Positions 49,656 through 62,744 of a stretch of DNA of 64,000 nt are shown piece by piece. Both the position numbers and the translations under genes were made by a program. The notes beneath the pieces are model-generated. The model had not been told where the DNA came from. It did no database searches and worked only from the letters and a program-made list of their open reading frames with translations. The stretch comes from Heptranchias perlo. Taxonomy: Eukaryota. How positions within the stretch are numbered: position 1 is the stretch's first letter; each line of letters begins with the position of its first letter. Location: contig NC_090325.1 of assembly GCF_035084215.1 (NCBI RefSeq), positions 151,652,001 through 151,716,000 of the forward strand, written 5' to 3'.

Positions 49656-50099
49656 TAGTCTTATTTTTTGTTTATTAAAGTATCCCCTTAACACCTATTT
49701 ATGTAAACCAGATTTTTAATTAATGCAATTCGAATCCCTTTAATGTTGGTATCCTCTATTTAGTTAATTTAAATTTTATCCCCTTAGATCTAATTAATTA
49801 CTGATTATTTATTGGTTTAAACCCTTTGGTTTAAATTACTTAACATCTCCTTCCAACTCTCACCAAATGGCCCATTATTGTGAGCTGTTTAACTGTAGCT
49901 GATTGTTCAAATGAATTTTCCTTCTTCCTGAGTTGTCTCACCTCTAGACTATTTCTGTCTGTTGATGCTATATTTCACACATATAAATAGGAATTTTATT
50001 TCTATTGTAGAGAATATAAAAACTGAAGATTGTCCTTTTTGAGAATAGGAGCAGCATTCTTGTGCGATGGTTTGCAGCAAACCCAGAAATGGAAATAGT

Positions 50100-50878
50100 A
50101 AAGTGTAACTACAGATTTTACACCACATTCACGTAAAGAATAACGAGCCAAATGGCCACATGGCATGAAAAATAAAAGAGTCACTTTCAAATGGCCACAA
50201 TTTTGTAACTGAACCCAGTATTGCAGTCTTGACTATGCTAGCAAGGTTTCATTCATGTAGAGGAGAACAATCTTCTACACTTTGCTACCTCTTGACATAC
50301 AGCTGGTCTTACAAATAACCTTGCAATTTTCAAACAAGAGCATCACACATTGTGAAATCACAGCAGCAATGAAGGAGGCAATTAGGAAAGCCACAGGATG
50401 TATTGGCTTGATTTGTATCATACCTGTATTGTCTACTATACTGCATCTGTTAGTCACCCTTCGACAGGAACCCATTGTAAACAAGCTTTCATGCTTAACC
50501 GGGATATCCTGCATAAACATACATTTCCTACAGCTGTGTTTCATATGCAATTCTTAACAAAAGGACACTGAACGTCAATTAAAATCTAGTCTGTACCCAT
50601 GACTTGCTCAGAAAATTTCTCTTAACCCTTTCTTCAAGCATCCAATTTCAAATAGAAATAAAGGGCACATCTGTAATTTACAGCAGAAAAGTAAAACCAT
50701 TTGGTAATAAACCTTGTACAAACAAGCAGAGGACACATCAAGCTAACAATCTTATGCTATTTTACAGCACTGCTGATGAAAGCAGTTCCACTTCAGCAAC
50801 AATGCCGTAACATCAGTCAGACGGCACCACATCCAAGAAGCAGCACTATAGTCTCCAACCACAACGGGTGGTTTCTCC
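50100..50878 (-). pseudogene. Cluster of decayed ankyrin-repeat exons (50766-50878, 50424-50508, ca. 50100-50275)
   Basis: LETIVLLLGCGA...SGTAF after acceptor tgttgcag|. ACLQW/FLSKG/SIVDNTG|gtatga. DCSPLHE* and CGHLKV...LRECGV. Stops and frameshifts throughout. Confidence 0.45.
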
Positions 50879-52039
50879 CTGCAACACATAAATGGATATC
50901 ACTGTTGGTGCTCGGTATTAAATGGTACCATTGTAGTCTATCTGTGGGCAGACTGAGCTGGGTTTGCATTGCTGGCTAGTAGAGACCTTCCACATCATCA
51001 GGGACGGTGCAAGGCCAAAAACTTGAAAGCCAAAAGTGCAATTATTTCAATGTTCCTGCTCATCCCCTGAAATCCAACCAGCTTTAGCAGTTCCGTAATA
51101 TAAATACTACATTTACTCCAGCTTTATGGTCTTCGCAATTTACCATTTATGCAGAAAATTGCTACATGGTTCTGTCAACCCCATTTCAGGATAGATTCTT
51201 CTACCATCTCTCACAAACAATCACTTCTAGATAAATAAAAGCTTGTTGAATAGTCACTAATTTTTCTCTCACCATCACAACCTTTTTCATTTTCTTTACT
51301 TTTTCATTTTCTTTACTTTTTCAATATAATATACGCTGCTCCTCTAAAGTCTAAGTTGTTCCCTTTAAGGTCCATATATGCCGTTACGTGCTCTTCCCCT
51401 GCATATTCACATCGTTGAAATCAAAGCTCACTGTGCTAATTCAGAATCCAACTCATTCTTTGCCAGAACCACAAAACTATGAAACTCTTTATCTCCTCTT
51501 TACTTCTTTCCATCCTCCTACACTTTACAGACTTTTAAAAACCAAGTTTGACATCACCTAACCACCACCTTCCAGTTCATCTAGTGCTGTTCCTGCTGTT
51601 TTTAATCTTGATTGGCTCCTACACTATGAACCTGGGGAAGAACAGAAAGAGAAAACAGGGTATTTTAGATCTTCGTTTTTTCCTTTGCGAATTGCTTACC
51701 ACCAAGCATCCTCTCTAGACTTCAGGTAGAGTGATCCGGTCAAGTGCAGAATCGGCCACAAGGTGTAATTCAAGCAGGGAGAATCACAGGTCAATTTTCT
51801 TACTCTTGAAGTAGAATAGATTACTTCGAGGTGGTACTTCATTTAGTAGCGCAGCTGAGAATAGACCACTCACATAAAATTGATGCAATTCTGTCCATTG
51901 GGCGAGCAGGCCCTGAGTGGTGGTGGTGCAGGGGGGTGGGGGTTGGAGAGGAGGAAGAGAGGGAGAGAATTCAATGGTAAGCAGTACAGAAATTGTGTTT
52001 TTAATCAAACTGAAATTTAGCTTAGTTTTTTAAACTCAT

Positions 52040-52365
52040 AAAAACTGTCTTTTGCCTTGAAGTTCATAGTTTAGTTTTTGCTCTTGCCTATATATCTATA
52101 TTAAGTTTCTCCTATATACTTAAATATTAAAATATAACTAAATAAATGTTAGTTGGCTGTTAACTGTATGTAGGTCACTGGCTAGTTGTTAATTAAATAT
52201 TGTGTGGCTGGGGATTGGCTGGCCAGTTAAAACTGGTACATGCCTGAAAAGTATTTATTAGAGGGCATATATATTTTAATATTTAACTACATAGGAGATA
52301 TGGGGCTACAAAACTAAATATAGATATATAGCAAGAGCAAAAACTAAACTATCAACTTTAAGGAA
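52040..52365. repeat. Imperfect inverted repeat immediately upstream of CR1 ORF1
   Basis: atagtttagtttttgctcttgcctatatatctatatt (52066-52102) versus aatatagatatatagcaagagcaaaaactaaactat (52317-52352), with further pairing inward. Confidence 0.8.
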
Positions 52366-52812
52366 AACAGTGGACAGCTGAGCCTCGTTGCATGCGCATC
52401 CTGTGCCATATGGGAACTCCAGGACTCTTTGTCTGTCCTGGACAACGACGCGCGCAGGAAGTGCCTTCGGCTGCTCGAGCTCAGGGTTTCTGAACTTGAG
52501 AAGCGGCTGGTGTCTCTACAGGGCATACGGGAGGCTGAAAGTTTCTTTGATTGCACATTTCAGGAGGTGGTCACCCCACAGCCACAGAGAGATCAGGAGA
52601 AGAATGAGTGGATGGCAAAGCAGCATGGCAGGAAGAGGAGGCAGGCAGTGCAGGAATCCTCAGAATGTGGCACTCACAAACAGTTTCTCGCTGAATACCC
52701 ATGAGGGCAATGGCATCGCGGGGGAGTGCACTCTAGAGCAAATCCATGGCACCATGGTGCAAATGAAAGCTCAGGGAAGTGTAGCAATGCAGTTGTCATG
52801 GGGGTTTCCATA

Positions 52813-52862
52813 GTCATGTTGGTGATTTCGGAAACAGGTGTTTCCGAAATCACCAACATGAC
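52813..52862. repeat. Perfect palindrome (24-bp arms, 2-nt spacer) inside CR1 ORF1
   Basis: gtcatgttggtgatttcggaaaca-gg-tgtttccgaaatcaccaacatgac. Confidence 0.95.
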
Positions 52863-54966
52863 CTCGCAGGGTGTGTTATCTCCCTGGTGCCAGGGTAGAG
52901 GATGTCACAGAACGGGTGCAGAACATTCTGCCGGGGGTGGGGGGGGGGGGGGGGGGGAGGAACGAACCAGAAGTCATGGTTCATGTTGGAAGCAATGACA
53001 AAGGAAAAAGGTTGAGGTCCTACAGGCACAATTTCAGGAGCTAGAGAAGAGACTGAACAGCAGGACCTCAAAGGTCATAATCGCTGGATTAGTCCCAGTG
53101 CCATGTGTTAATGAGTATAGGAACAGCAAGATAAAGCAGGTTAATGAGTGGCTGGAGAAATGGTGCAGGAGGGAAGGCTTCAGATTCCTGGGGCATTGGG
53201 ACCAGTTCTAAGGCAGGAGGGACCTGTACAACGGTGGACGTGTTGTACCTGGAGAGTTGGGACAAATGTCCTCGTAGGGCGGTTAACTAATTCTGTGGGG
53301 GAGGGTTTAAACTAATTTGGTAGGGGGAGGGGAACTTGAATGAAGCACCAGAGAGGAAAGACAAGGTGCACAGAGGATTGGGAGAGATAAACAGCATTAA
53401 AATAAAGAGTAGTCCACAAAGAGGAGGAGGGATCAGAGAGGGGAGCAATGTAAAGCGGACTAAGGCAGGTTTGGACTGCATGTGCATAAATGCACGGAAC
53501 ATGACAAATAAGGTCGATGAGCTGCAGGCACAAGTTGCCACATGAAGTTATGATATAATGGCAATAACGGAGACCTAGTTCAAACAAGAGCAGGAATAGA
53601 AACTTAATATTCCTGGCTGCAATGTATTCAGGATGAATAGGGAAAGAAAAAAAAAGGGGGTGGCAGTATTGATCAAAGATAAAGTTACAGCCCTTGAAAG
53701 GGATGAGGTGCTTCAGGGTTCAAAGACAGAATCTATTTGGTTAGAGTTAAGGAGCAGAAGGAGCTGTTACGTTGTTAGGTGTATTCTTTCGTTCATCAAA
53801 TATTGGGAAGGAGATGGAGGACCAAATATGCAAGCAAATTTCATAAAGCTGTATAAAACAATGGAGTAGTGATAATGGGGGACTTCAATTATCCCAATAT
53901 AGACTGGGAAATAAAACAGTGTAAAAGGAAAGGAGGGGAAGGAATTCCTGAACTGTCTGCAGGAGAACTTTCTTGATCAGTATGTTTCCCACCAACAAAG
54001 AAGCAAGCAGCACTGGATCTAAATCTGGGGATTGAAGAGGGGCAAGTGGAGCATGTTTCAGTGAGACAGTATTTGGGAAACAGTGATCACAATATTAGGT
54101 TTAGAGTAGTTAGGGAAAAGGACAAGGAACAATCAACAATGAAGACACTCAACTGGAAAAGGGCTAATTTCAGTGAGTTGATATGGGATCAGCGCCCAGG
54201 TGGATTGGAAACAAAGATTGGAAGGTAGAACAGTAACTGAGCAATTGGAGGCATACAAAGAGGGGCATTCATAGCTAGAGCTCTCTAAATGACTAATGAA
54301 ATTGAGATTAAAATGAGACAGAAAAAAGGAGGCTTATGATAGGTGTCAGGTTCACAATACACTAGAGAATCAAACTGAATACAGAAAGTGCAGAGGAGAA
54401 CTGAAAAGGGAAATGAGGGGCAAAGAGTGTGTGAAAAAAGATTAGCAGCTAACATAAAAGGGAACACAAAGTATTATATAAAAAGAGTAAAAGGATATGT
54501 CAAAGGAAGGGTGGGTCTGATTAGGGAACCAAAAGGGAAACCTTCTGGTGGAGGCAGAGAGCATGGCTGAGGTACTAAATAAGTACTTTTATAAAAGAGG
54601 ATGCTACCAATGTCACAGCAAAGGAGGAGGGGGTAGAGAAATTGGATAGGATAAAAATAGATAAAGAGGAAGTACTAAAAAGGCTGGCCACGCTCAAAGT
54701 AGAAAAGTCACCCAGTCCAAATGAGATGCATCCTAGGTTGCTGAAAGAAGTACGGTGGAAACAGGGGAGGCTCAGGCCACAATCTTTCAAACCTCCTTTG
54801 ATATGGAAGTGGTGCCAGAGAATTGGAGGGTTGCAAATGTTACACCCCTGTTCAAAAATGGGAAGAAGGATAAACACAGCAATTACAGGCCAGTCAGCCT
54901 AACGTCAGTGGTGGGGAGACCATAATCCGGGACAAAATTAATTGTCACTTGGAAATACATGGGTTA

Positions 54967-56297
54967 TAAGAACATAAGAAATAGGAGCAGGATTAGGCCA
55001 TATGGCCCCACGTGCCTGCTCCGCCATTCAATCAGATCATGGCTGATCTTCAACCTCAACTCTACTTTCTTGCCCGATCCCCATATCCCTTCACATAAGA
55101 TCCCTTGATTCCCCTAGAATCCAAAAATCTATCTCTCTCAGCCTTCAATATACTCAACCAGTCAGCATAAACAGCCCTTTGGGGGAGAGAATTCCAAAGA
55201 TTCACAACCCTCAGTGAAGAAATTCCTCCTCATCTCAGTCTTAAATGGCTGATCCCTTATCCTGCGACTATGCCCTCTAGTTCTAGACTCTCTAGCCAGG
55301 GGAAACAACCTCTCAGCATCTACCCTGTCAAACCCTCTCAGAATCTCATATGTTTCAATGAGATCACCTCTCATTCTTTTAAACTCCAGAGAGTAAAGGC
55401 CCATTCTACTCATAGGACAACCCTCTCATCCCAGGAATTAATCTAGTGAACCTTCACTGCCACGCCTCTAAAGCAGTTATGTCCTTCCTTAGATAAGGAG
55501 ACCAAAACTGTACGCAGTCTCACCGAAGTCCTGTACAATTGTATTAAGACTTCCTTACTCTTGTATTCCAACCCCCTTGCAATAAAGGCCAATATGCCAT
55601 TTGCTTTCCTAATTGCCTGCTGTACCTGCATGCTAACTTTTTGTGTTTCTTGTACCAGGGACACCCAAGTCTCTTTGGACACCAACGTTTAATAGTTTCT
55701 CACCATTTAAAAAAATTCTGTTTTTCTATTCTTCCTACCAAAGTGAATAACTTTACATTTCCCTGCATTATACTCCATCTGCCACCTTCTTGCCCACTTA
55801 ACCTGTCTATATCCTTTTGCAGACTTCTTGTGTCCTCCTCACAGCTTACTTTCCCACCTAACTTTGTATCATCAGCGAACTTGGATACATTACAATCAGT
55901 CCCTTCATCTAAGTCATTAATATAGATTGTAAATAGCTGAGGCCCAAGCACCAATCCTTGCGGTATCCCACCAGTTACACCCTGCCAACCTGAAAATGAT
56001 CCGTTTATCCCTACTCTTTGTTTTCTGTCCATTAACCAATTCTCATCCATGCTAATATGTCACCCCCAACCCCATGAGCCCTTATCTTGCGTAACAACCT
56101 CTTATGTGGCACCTTTTCGAATGCCTTTTGAAAATCCAAATATATACATCCACTGGTTCCCCTTTATTTACCCTGCTAGTAACATCCTCAAAAAACTCGA
56201 ATAAATTTTCAAACATGATTTCCCTTTCATAAAACGATGTTGACTCTGCCTAATCATATTATGGTGTTTTAAGTACCCTGTTACCACTTCCTTAATA
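54967..56297 (-). mobile_element. Younger CR1 LINE inserted antisense into the older CR1
   Basis: [10 protein letters not shown] and RGDLIE on the minus strand; flanking direct repeat atgggtta (54959-54966, 56298-56305). Confidence 0.9.
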
Positions 56298-58249
56298 ATG
56301 GGTTAATAAATGGCGGTCAACATGGATCTGTTAAAAACAAATAGTGTTTGACAAACTTGATTGAGTTCTTTGACGAAATAATGGAGGGGGTTGATGTTGT
56401 CTATATGGTCTTTCAAAAGGCCATACAGTACCACATAATAGACTTGATAGCAAAATTGATGCCCATAGGATTCAAGGGGCAGTGGCAGCACGGATAAAAA
56501 AAATGGGCTAAGGGACAGAAAGCAGAGTAATGGTGAACGGTTGTTTTCAGACTGGAGGGCAGTATGAAGTAGTGTCCCCCAGTGGTCGGTATTAGGACCA
56601 CTGCTCTTTTTTATACTAATGACTTGGACTGGTTATAGGGGGCATAATTTCAAAGGTTGCAGATGACATAAAACTTGGAAATGTAGTAAACAGTGAAGAG
56701 ATTAGTAGCAGACTTCAGGAGGACATGGGCAGACTGGTGAAACAGACAGACTTATGGCAGATGAAATTCAATGCAGAGAAGTGTGAAATGATTCATTTTG
56801 AAAGGAACAGAGGAGCGACGATATAAACTAAATGATACAATCTTACAGGGGGTGCAGGAATAGAGAGACCTTGGGGTTCACATAAACAAATCTTTGAAGG
56901 TGGCAGGACAAACTGATACGGCCGTTAAAAAAGCATACGGGATCCTTGGTTTTATAAATAGAGGCACTCACTCCATGCTCAGTAATGTTCCCAACACAAC
57001 GCCATTTGGTAAAACTGTGGCCTAAACTGAATTCCTCACCTAATAGTTTTCTATTTACACTACTGTATTTAAAAATGCCTATGTATAGCAAAATGACTCA
57101 TTTCAAATGTGCGCTGCAACAACTTATAAAAATTCAAAGTTAATATCTTACCTAGGCAATGCAGCCCATACCCCACCGTTTTTATCATTCTGAACATCAC
57201 TAAAGTCTTATATTCACTAGTATTTGCAGATCAATCAACACTACCAAAGGCTTGGTTTTCTTTTCTGCAATGCACATACTGTAAATTATGCAATTGGAGA
57301 GAATGGTCTAAGCTCAGGGTTAATGGAGGAGGGACAGCAGAGTGCCACCAATAATGATACTTCCAAATTATGTCACCAAAGCATAGAATATAAGCATTAA
57401 AGAGGGCCAAGGATGGAACTGGGGTACAGAAGTGACTCTGCAGGAATGAAGAGAAGCTGTTGGAGATAGAATATCTATAATAAGGCACATAGGAGTGAAA
57501 AGATGAGAAACCAGTGCCTTGGAGGATAGTAGACATGACATCAGAGGATATTTATGATCAATGATGTCAATGGGCACTAGGTGGAGTAGGATGAGAAAGG
57601 GAAGTGAGCTGTGCTCACAGTTTACAGTTTGCTCACCGTGACTCACAGGTAATGCTGTTCCAAGCATGTCTCTCTATCTTGTCCTCACAATTAGGCAAAG
57701 GAATCAGAAGTGTGTGGTTAAAACAACCATTTTTATTCAGTAACAGAGGTGGTTTCATCAAGGCCAGCTGATTACTGAGAGATCACATCAGCTAAAAGTC
57801 ACAGATAACAAAAGAAGTATCGACATTCATCTGACTTGTTTCATATAAATTAAAACTTATGAACCAGGTTATGGGCACTTGTTTTTAAACTAACAGTTTT
57901 TCCAAAAACAGCTTTAAACATAACAACAGGGACAAAACATACATCCTACAGAATAAAGGTGGTAGACAAACTACAAATAGACCATTGTAGACACTGGGCA
58001 TTTTAACTTACCTCTACAATTGAACCAACTACTGAAGCCTGTTACCAGGAGATAAAATTCCTTCAAATTTTCTTGGGAGTTTATCCAGTGCTTCTATACA
58101 AATGCACTAAGATTTAGAAATAAATCAACAGAACTGCAGCTAAATGCTGCTACTGAAAATCCTAAACTGATGTCCCATGGATGGGTCTGAATTTAACATG
58201 CATGGGTAAACACCGCTTAAGAAAAATAGATTGGGTTATGGGAAGGAAC

Positions 58250-59680
58250 AGTGGCCATCTTCATAAAGAAAGGAATAAGTGTAGTTGTGCAGAGGAATAT
58301 TCCAAGTAGCAGAAATAGTAGCAAGGCACTCTGGTGTTTCTGCTAAGCGCCAGTTGGAGCCAGAATGCTACAAGTCTGTGCTACAGATCACCAAATCAAG
58401 AGAAGGATGAGGATCTGCAATGTGGACTCAAATCAATAGGAAAGCCAATGAAAGGAAAATAATATGGATAATTGAAATTCATCACTTTATAAAGTGGACA
58501 AATAAGGGGCAGTCACAAGAGATGGGAGGCCCCTGAATGCAGTTTTATTGATAATCAATAATTGCTTCTCAACTCATGGGCAAGTACTAAAAGAGACAAT
58601 ATATTAGATTAGTATTGAGCTACAGCTGATAGATGAACTAAAAGTAGGAAGCCCCTTGCAAATTTGGGCCACTGTTATATAAGATTTAAAATATGGAGCT
58701 GTAGTAAGTTTAGGGACAAGAGTATGCTGGTGCTGCATTTTGGAAAAGCATGGTTTATGGAAATGAAGGGGTTAGACTTAGCAGGGGTTAAACTGGAGAG
58801 GCAGCTGGTGCAGATGACCACAACACACAAAAAAGGCACTTGAAATAAAACGAAGCCTTATATAAAATCGGTGAAAAGAAACATGGATACAATGCAAGAA
58901 AGCCACAATGGGTACATGGGGAGTCAATTCAACTGAAAGAGTGTTTTGGGAGTTATGAATGAAGTAAGTGTCCTCAACATAGAGAAAGGCACAAAAGACA
59001 ATTGGGTATCAGAAAGGCTAAAATGAATCTAGAGAAGAGGATAGTAGATAATAGGATAATGGGAAAGCATTTTTTGCTTACGTTAGGAGTCAGATCAGTT
59101 AGGGAATAAATAGGACCATTGCATGATGACTTGGGGACAGTTATAAACGATGGGAAAGGCATGGTAGAAGAATTAAAGAGAGATTTAGTATCTGTTTTTA
59201 ACTACGAGAAATTTGCTTATTAAATTGGACTAAAACTCATATAGGTTGTTTGCATATAACAAGGGGTTAGCTAAATTAAAAGGACTCTAGGTAGAAAAAG
59301 CAGCATAGCCAAAACTAATTTACGCTAGGGTTCTAAAAGAAATGGTAGAAGTCTTCTGTGATGCCCTGGTAGATATTTTCAATAGTTCACTGAGATCTGG
59401 GCAATGCCAGATGATTGGAGAAAAGTACATGTGGTCCCCTTGTTCAAGAAGGGATTAAAGTCAAATCTGGGAAGCTGTAGACCAGTGAGTCTAACTTCTG
59501 TGGTGGGAAAGATAAAGGACAGTAGCATTTGGGTTACTATAAACGAACACTTAGAACTTACGGGGGTAATAGAGGATATCTAATGCAGCTTCAGAAAACA
59601 GAGGTCATATTTGACAAACCTGACACGCTATTTTTGTTTGAAGAGGTGACTAGTACAGTAGATCAAAGAGACCCAGCAGA
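58250..59680 (+). mobile_element. Highly decayed CR1 ORF2 fragment
   Basis: RVLKE, DWR...V.PLFKKG and [11 protein letters not shown] remnants at 59320-59520. Confidence 0.65.
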
Positions 59681-59681
59681 A

Positions 59682-60085
59682 TTTTTTTTTAATTCGTTCA
59701 TGCGATGTGGGTGTCGCTGGCAAGGCCAGCATTTATTGCCCATCCCTAATTGCCCTCGAGAAGGTGGTGGTGAGACGCCTTCTTGAACCACTGCAGTCCA
59801 TGTGGTGAAGGTTCTCCCAACAGTGTTGTTAGGAAGGGAGTTCCAGGATTTTGACCCAGCGACGATGAAGGAACGGCGATATATTTCCAAGTCGGGATGG
59901 CGTGTGACTTGGAGGGGAACGTGCAGGTGGTGTTGTTCCCATGTACCTGCTGCTCTTGTCCTTCTAGGTGGTAGAGGTCACGGGTTTGGGAGGTGCTGTC
60001 GAAGAAGCCTTGGCGAGTTGCTGCAGTGCATCCTGTGGATGGTACACACTGCAGCCACGGTGTGCCGGTGGTGAAGGGAAGCAAC
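59682..60085 (-). mobile_element. LINE family B 3' end
   Basis: Near-identical to 12712-13110. Confidence 0.9.
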
Positions 60086-60814
60086 TTGAGGTGGGGGGGG
60101 GGGGGGGGGGGGGGGTGGTTTCCACGGGTGGACACAGATGGAAGTGGGGTTGGGAAAGGGAAGTGGAAAGGGGAATGTGAGTGGAGAGGGACACAGGGAA
60201 GTGATCAGATTGACATGATGGGAGGAGAGAGGCCGCATGCAATAGCAAGGTCGAAGAGGTGGCCGTGAATATATGGAAGGAGGATAAGGGGGTAGAGAAC
60301 TCAGAGGAGAGGGCATGATGAGTTGAGATGGAGGCTTGAATCACCAAGGATGAGAAGTCGCTCGGCACTGAAGGAGAAAAGCAGTGAAGATATTTGAGAA
60401 ATTTGGCATGGTTATTGGGTGGTCCCCATTATGGTCCTGTTGTTTCTGCATTTTTCCTCTAAGTTGTCTACATATCTCTTCCATTTTTTTCACCGTTCAG
60501 AGATCTATAATAGAGTAAGTGTCCTTCCTATTCCTTAACTCTAATGAAACAAATTCACCTTTTGCACCATCCCTTATGTTCTAGTAATCGAATGTTTGAT
60601 TGAAACTATCATCCCTCCTCCCTTTTTTCCTTCTGTATCCCTTCTGAATATTTTGGAATCAGTTAACATCCAGTTCCCCATCCCACCTTAGTCTAAACTA
60701 TGTTTCTGTTAATGACATTAAATTATAACCACCACCCTCACTTCTGTCTTTAGCTCACAAATTATATTCACAATATTTCATGTCTTTTCATACATACGAC
60801 CGGACGGACCACCC

Positions 60815-62736
60815 GACATCAGAACACTAGGCACAACATAGGCAAAGGCAAACCAAGCCCAGTCGACCCTGCAAAATCCTCCTCACTAATATCTGGGACT
60901 TGTGCCAAAATTGAGACAGCTGTCCCACAAACTAGTCAAGCAACAGCCTGACATAGCCATACTCACAGAATCAGACCTTTCAGCCAACGTCCCAGGCTCC
61001 TCCATCACCATCCCTGGATATCTCACCGGCAGGACATACCTACCAGAGGTGGCGATACCATGGTATACAGTCAGGAGGGGGTGGCCCTGAGAGTCCTCAA
61101 CATTGACCATCTTCAGCCAGAAGTGCCGAGAGGATGATCCATCTCGGCCTCCTCCCGATATCCCCATCATCACAGAAGCCAATCTTCAGCCAATTCGATT
61201 CAAGCCACGTGATATCAAGAAATGGATGAGTGCACTGGATACAACAAAGGCTATGGGCCCCGACAAAATCCCGGCTGTAGTGCTGAAGACCTGTGCTCCA
61301 GAACTAGCCACGCCTCTAGCCAAACTGTTCCAGTGCAGCTACAACACTGACATCTACCAGACAAAGTGGAAAATTGCCCAGGTATGTCCTATCCACAAAA
61401 AGCAGGACAAATCCAATTCGGCCAATTACCACCCCATCAGTCTACTCTCAATCATCAGCAAAGTGACGGAAGGTGTCGTCGACAGTGCAATCAAGCGGCT
61501 CTTACTCACCAATGTTCAGTTTGGGTTCCACCAGGACCACTCGGCTCCAGACTTCATTACAGCCTTGGTCCAAATATGGACAAAAGTGCTGAATTCAAGG
61601 TGAGGTGAGAGTGCCCGCCTTTGACATCAAGGCAACATTGACCGAGTGCGGCATCAAGGAGCCTTAGTAAAATTGAAGTCAATGAGAATCAGGGGGAAAA
61701 GTCTCCAGTGGCTGGAGTCATACCTAGCACAAAAGAAGATGGTAGTGGTTATTGGAGGCTAATCATCTCAGCCCCAGGACATTGATGCAGGAGTTCCTCA
61801 GGGCAGTGTCCTAGGCCCAACCATCTTCAGCTGCTTCATCAATGAACTTCCCTCCATCATAAGGTAAGAACTGGGGACGTTCGCTGATGATTGCACAGTG
61901 TTCAGTTCCATTCACAACCCTTCAGATAATGTACCAATCCGTGCCCGCATGCAGCAAGACCTGGACAACGTCCAGGCTTGGGCTGATTGGTGTGAATGTT
62001 ACTTGCCACCTAAGAAGTGCCAGGCAATGACCATCTCCAACAAGAGAGAGTCTAACCACCTCCGCTTGACATTTAACGGTGTTACCATCGCTGAATCCCC
62101 CACCTTCAACATCCTGGAGGTCACCATTGACCAGAAACTTAACTGGACCAGCCACATAAATACTGTGGCTACAAGAGCAGGAGAGAGGCTGGGTATTCTG
62201 TGGCAAGTGACTCACCTCCGGATTCCCCAAAGCCTTTCCACCATCTACAAGGCACAAGTCACGGGTGTGATGGAATTCTCTCCCCTTGCCAGAATGAGTG
62301 CAGCTCCAACAACACTCAAAAAGCTGGACAACATCCAGGACAAAGCAGCCCGCTTGACTGGCACCCCATCCACCTCCTTAAATATTCACTCCCTCCACTG
62401 CAGTATGTATCATTTACAAGATACACTGCAGCAACTCGCCAAGGCTTCTTCGACAACACCTCCCACACCCGCGACCTCTACCACCTAGAAGGACAAGGGC
62501 AGCAGGTGCATGGGAATACCACCACCTGCACATCCCCATGACTTGGAAGTATATCATCTTTTCTTCATCGTCGGTGGGTCAAAATCCTGGAACTCCCTAC
62601 CTAACAGCACTGTGGGAGAAACTTCACCATACGGACTGCAGTGGTTCAAGATGGCGGCTCACCACCACCTTCTCACGGTCAATTAGGGATGGGCATTGCC
62701 AGTGACACCCACATCCCATGAATGAATTAAAAAAAA
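60815..62736 (+). mobile_element. LINE family B, endonuclease N-terminus joined to RT (internal deletion)
   Basis: KQQPDIAILTES; KAMGPD.IP..VLK.CAPEL; [10 protein letters not shown]; FADD; poly-A at 62728-62736. Confidence 0.9.
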
Positions 62737-62744
62737 CATGCATC

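Larger units (their letters stand above)
52370..56965 (+). mobile_element. Near full-length degenerate CR1 LINE: ORF1 (zinc finger, coiled coil, SGNH esterase) and ORF2 (APE endonuclease, RT)
   Basis: CASC...RKCLRLLELRVSELE; AVVMG(D)SIV; VMVHVGSND; CINARN; IMGDFNYPNIDW; LGNSDHN; downstream RT motifs. Confidence 0.88.

Noticed and set aside
50002-50190. RING-finger-like MPCGH ORF
   Set aside because: The remaining Cys/His spacing does not fit a RING; the GHL motifs are better explained as ankyrin remnants or chance.
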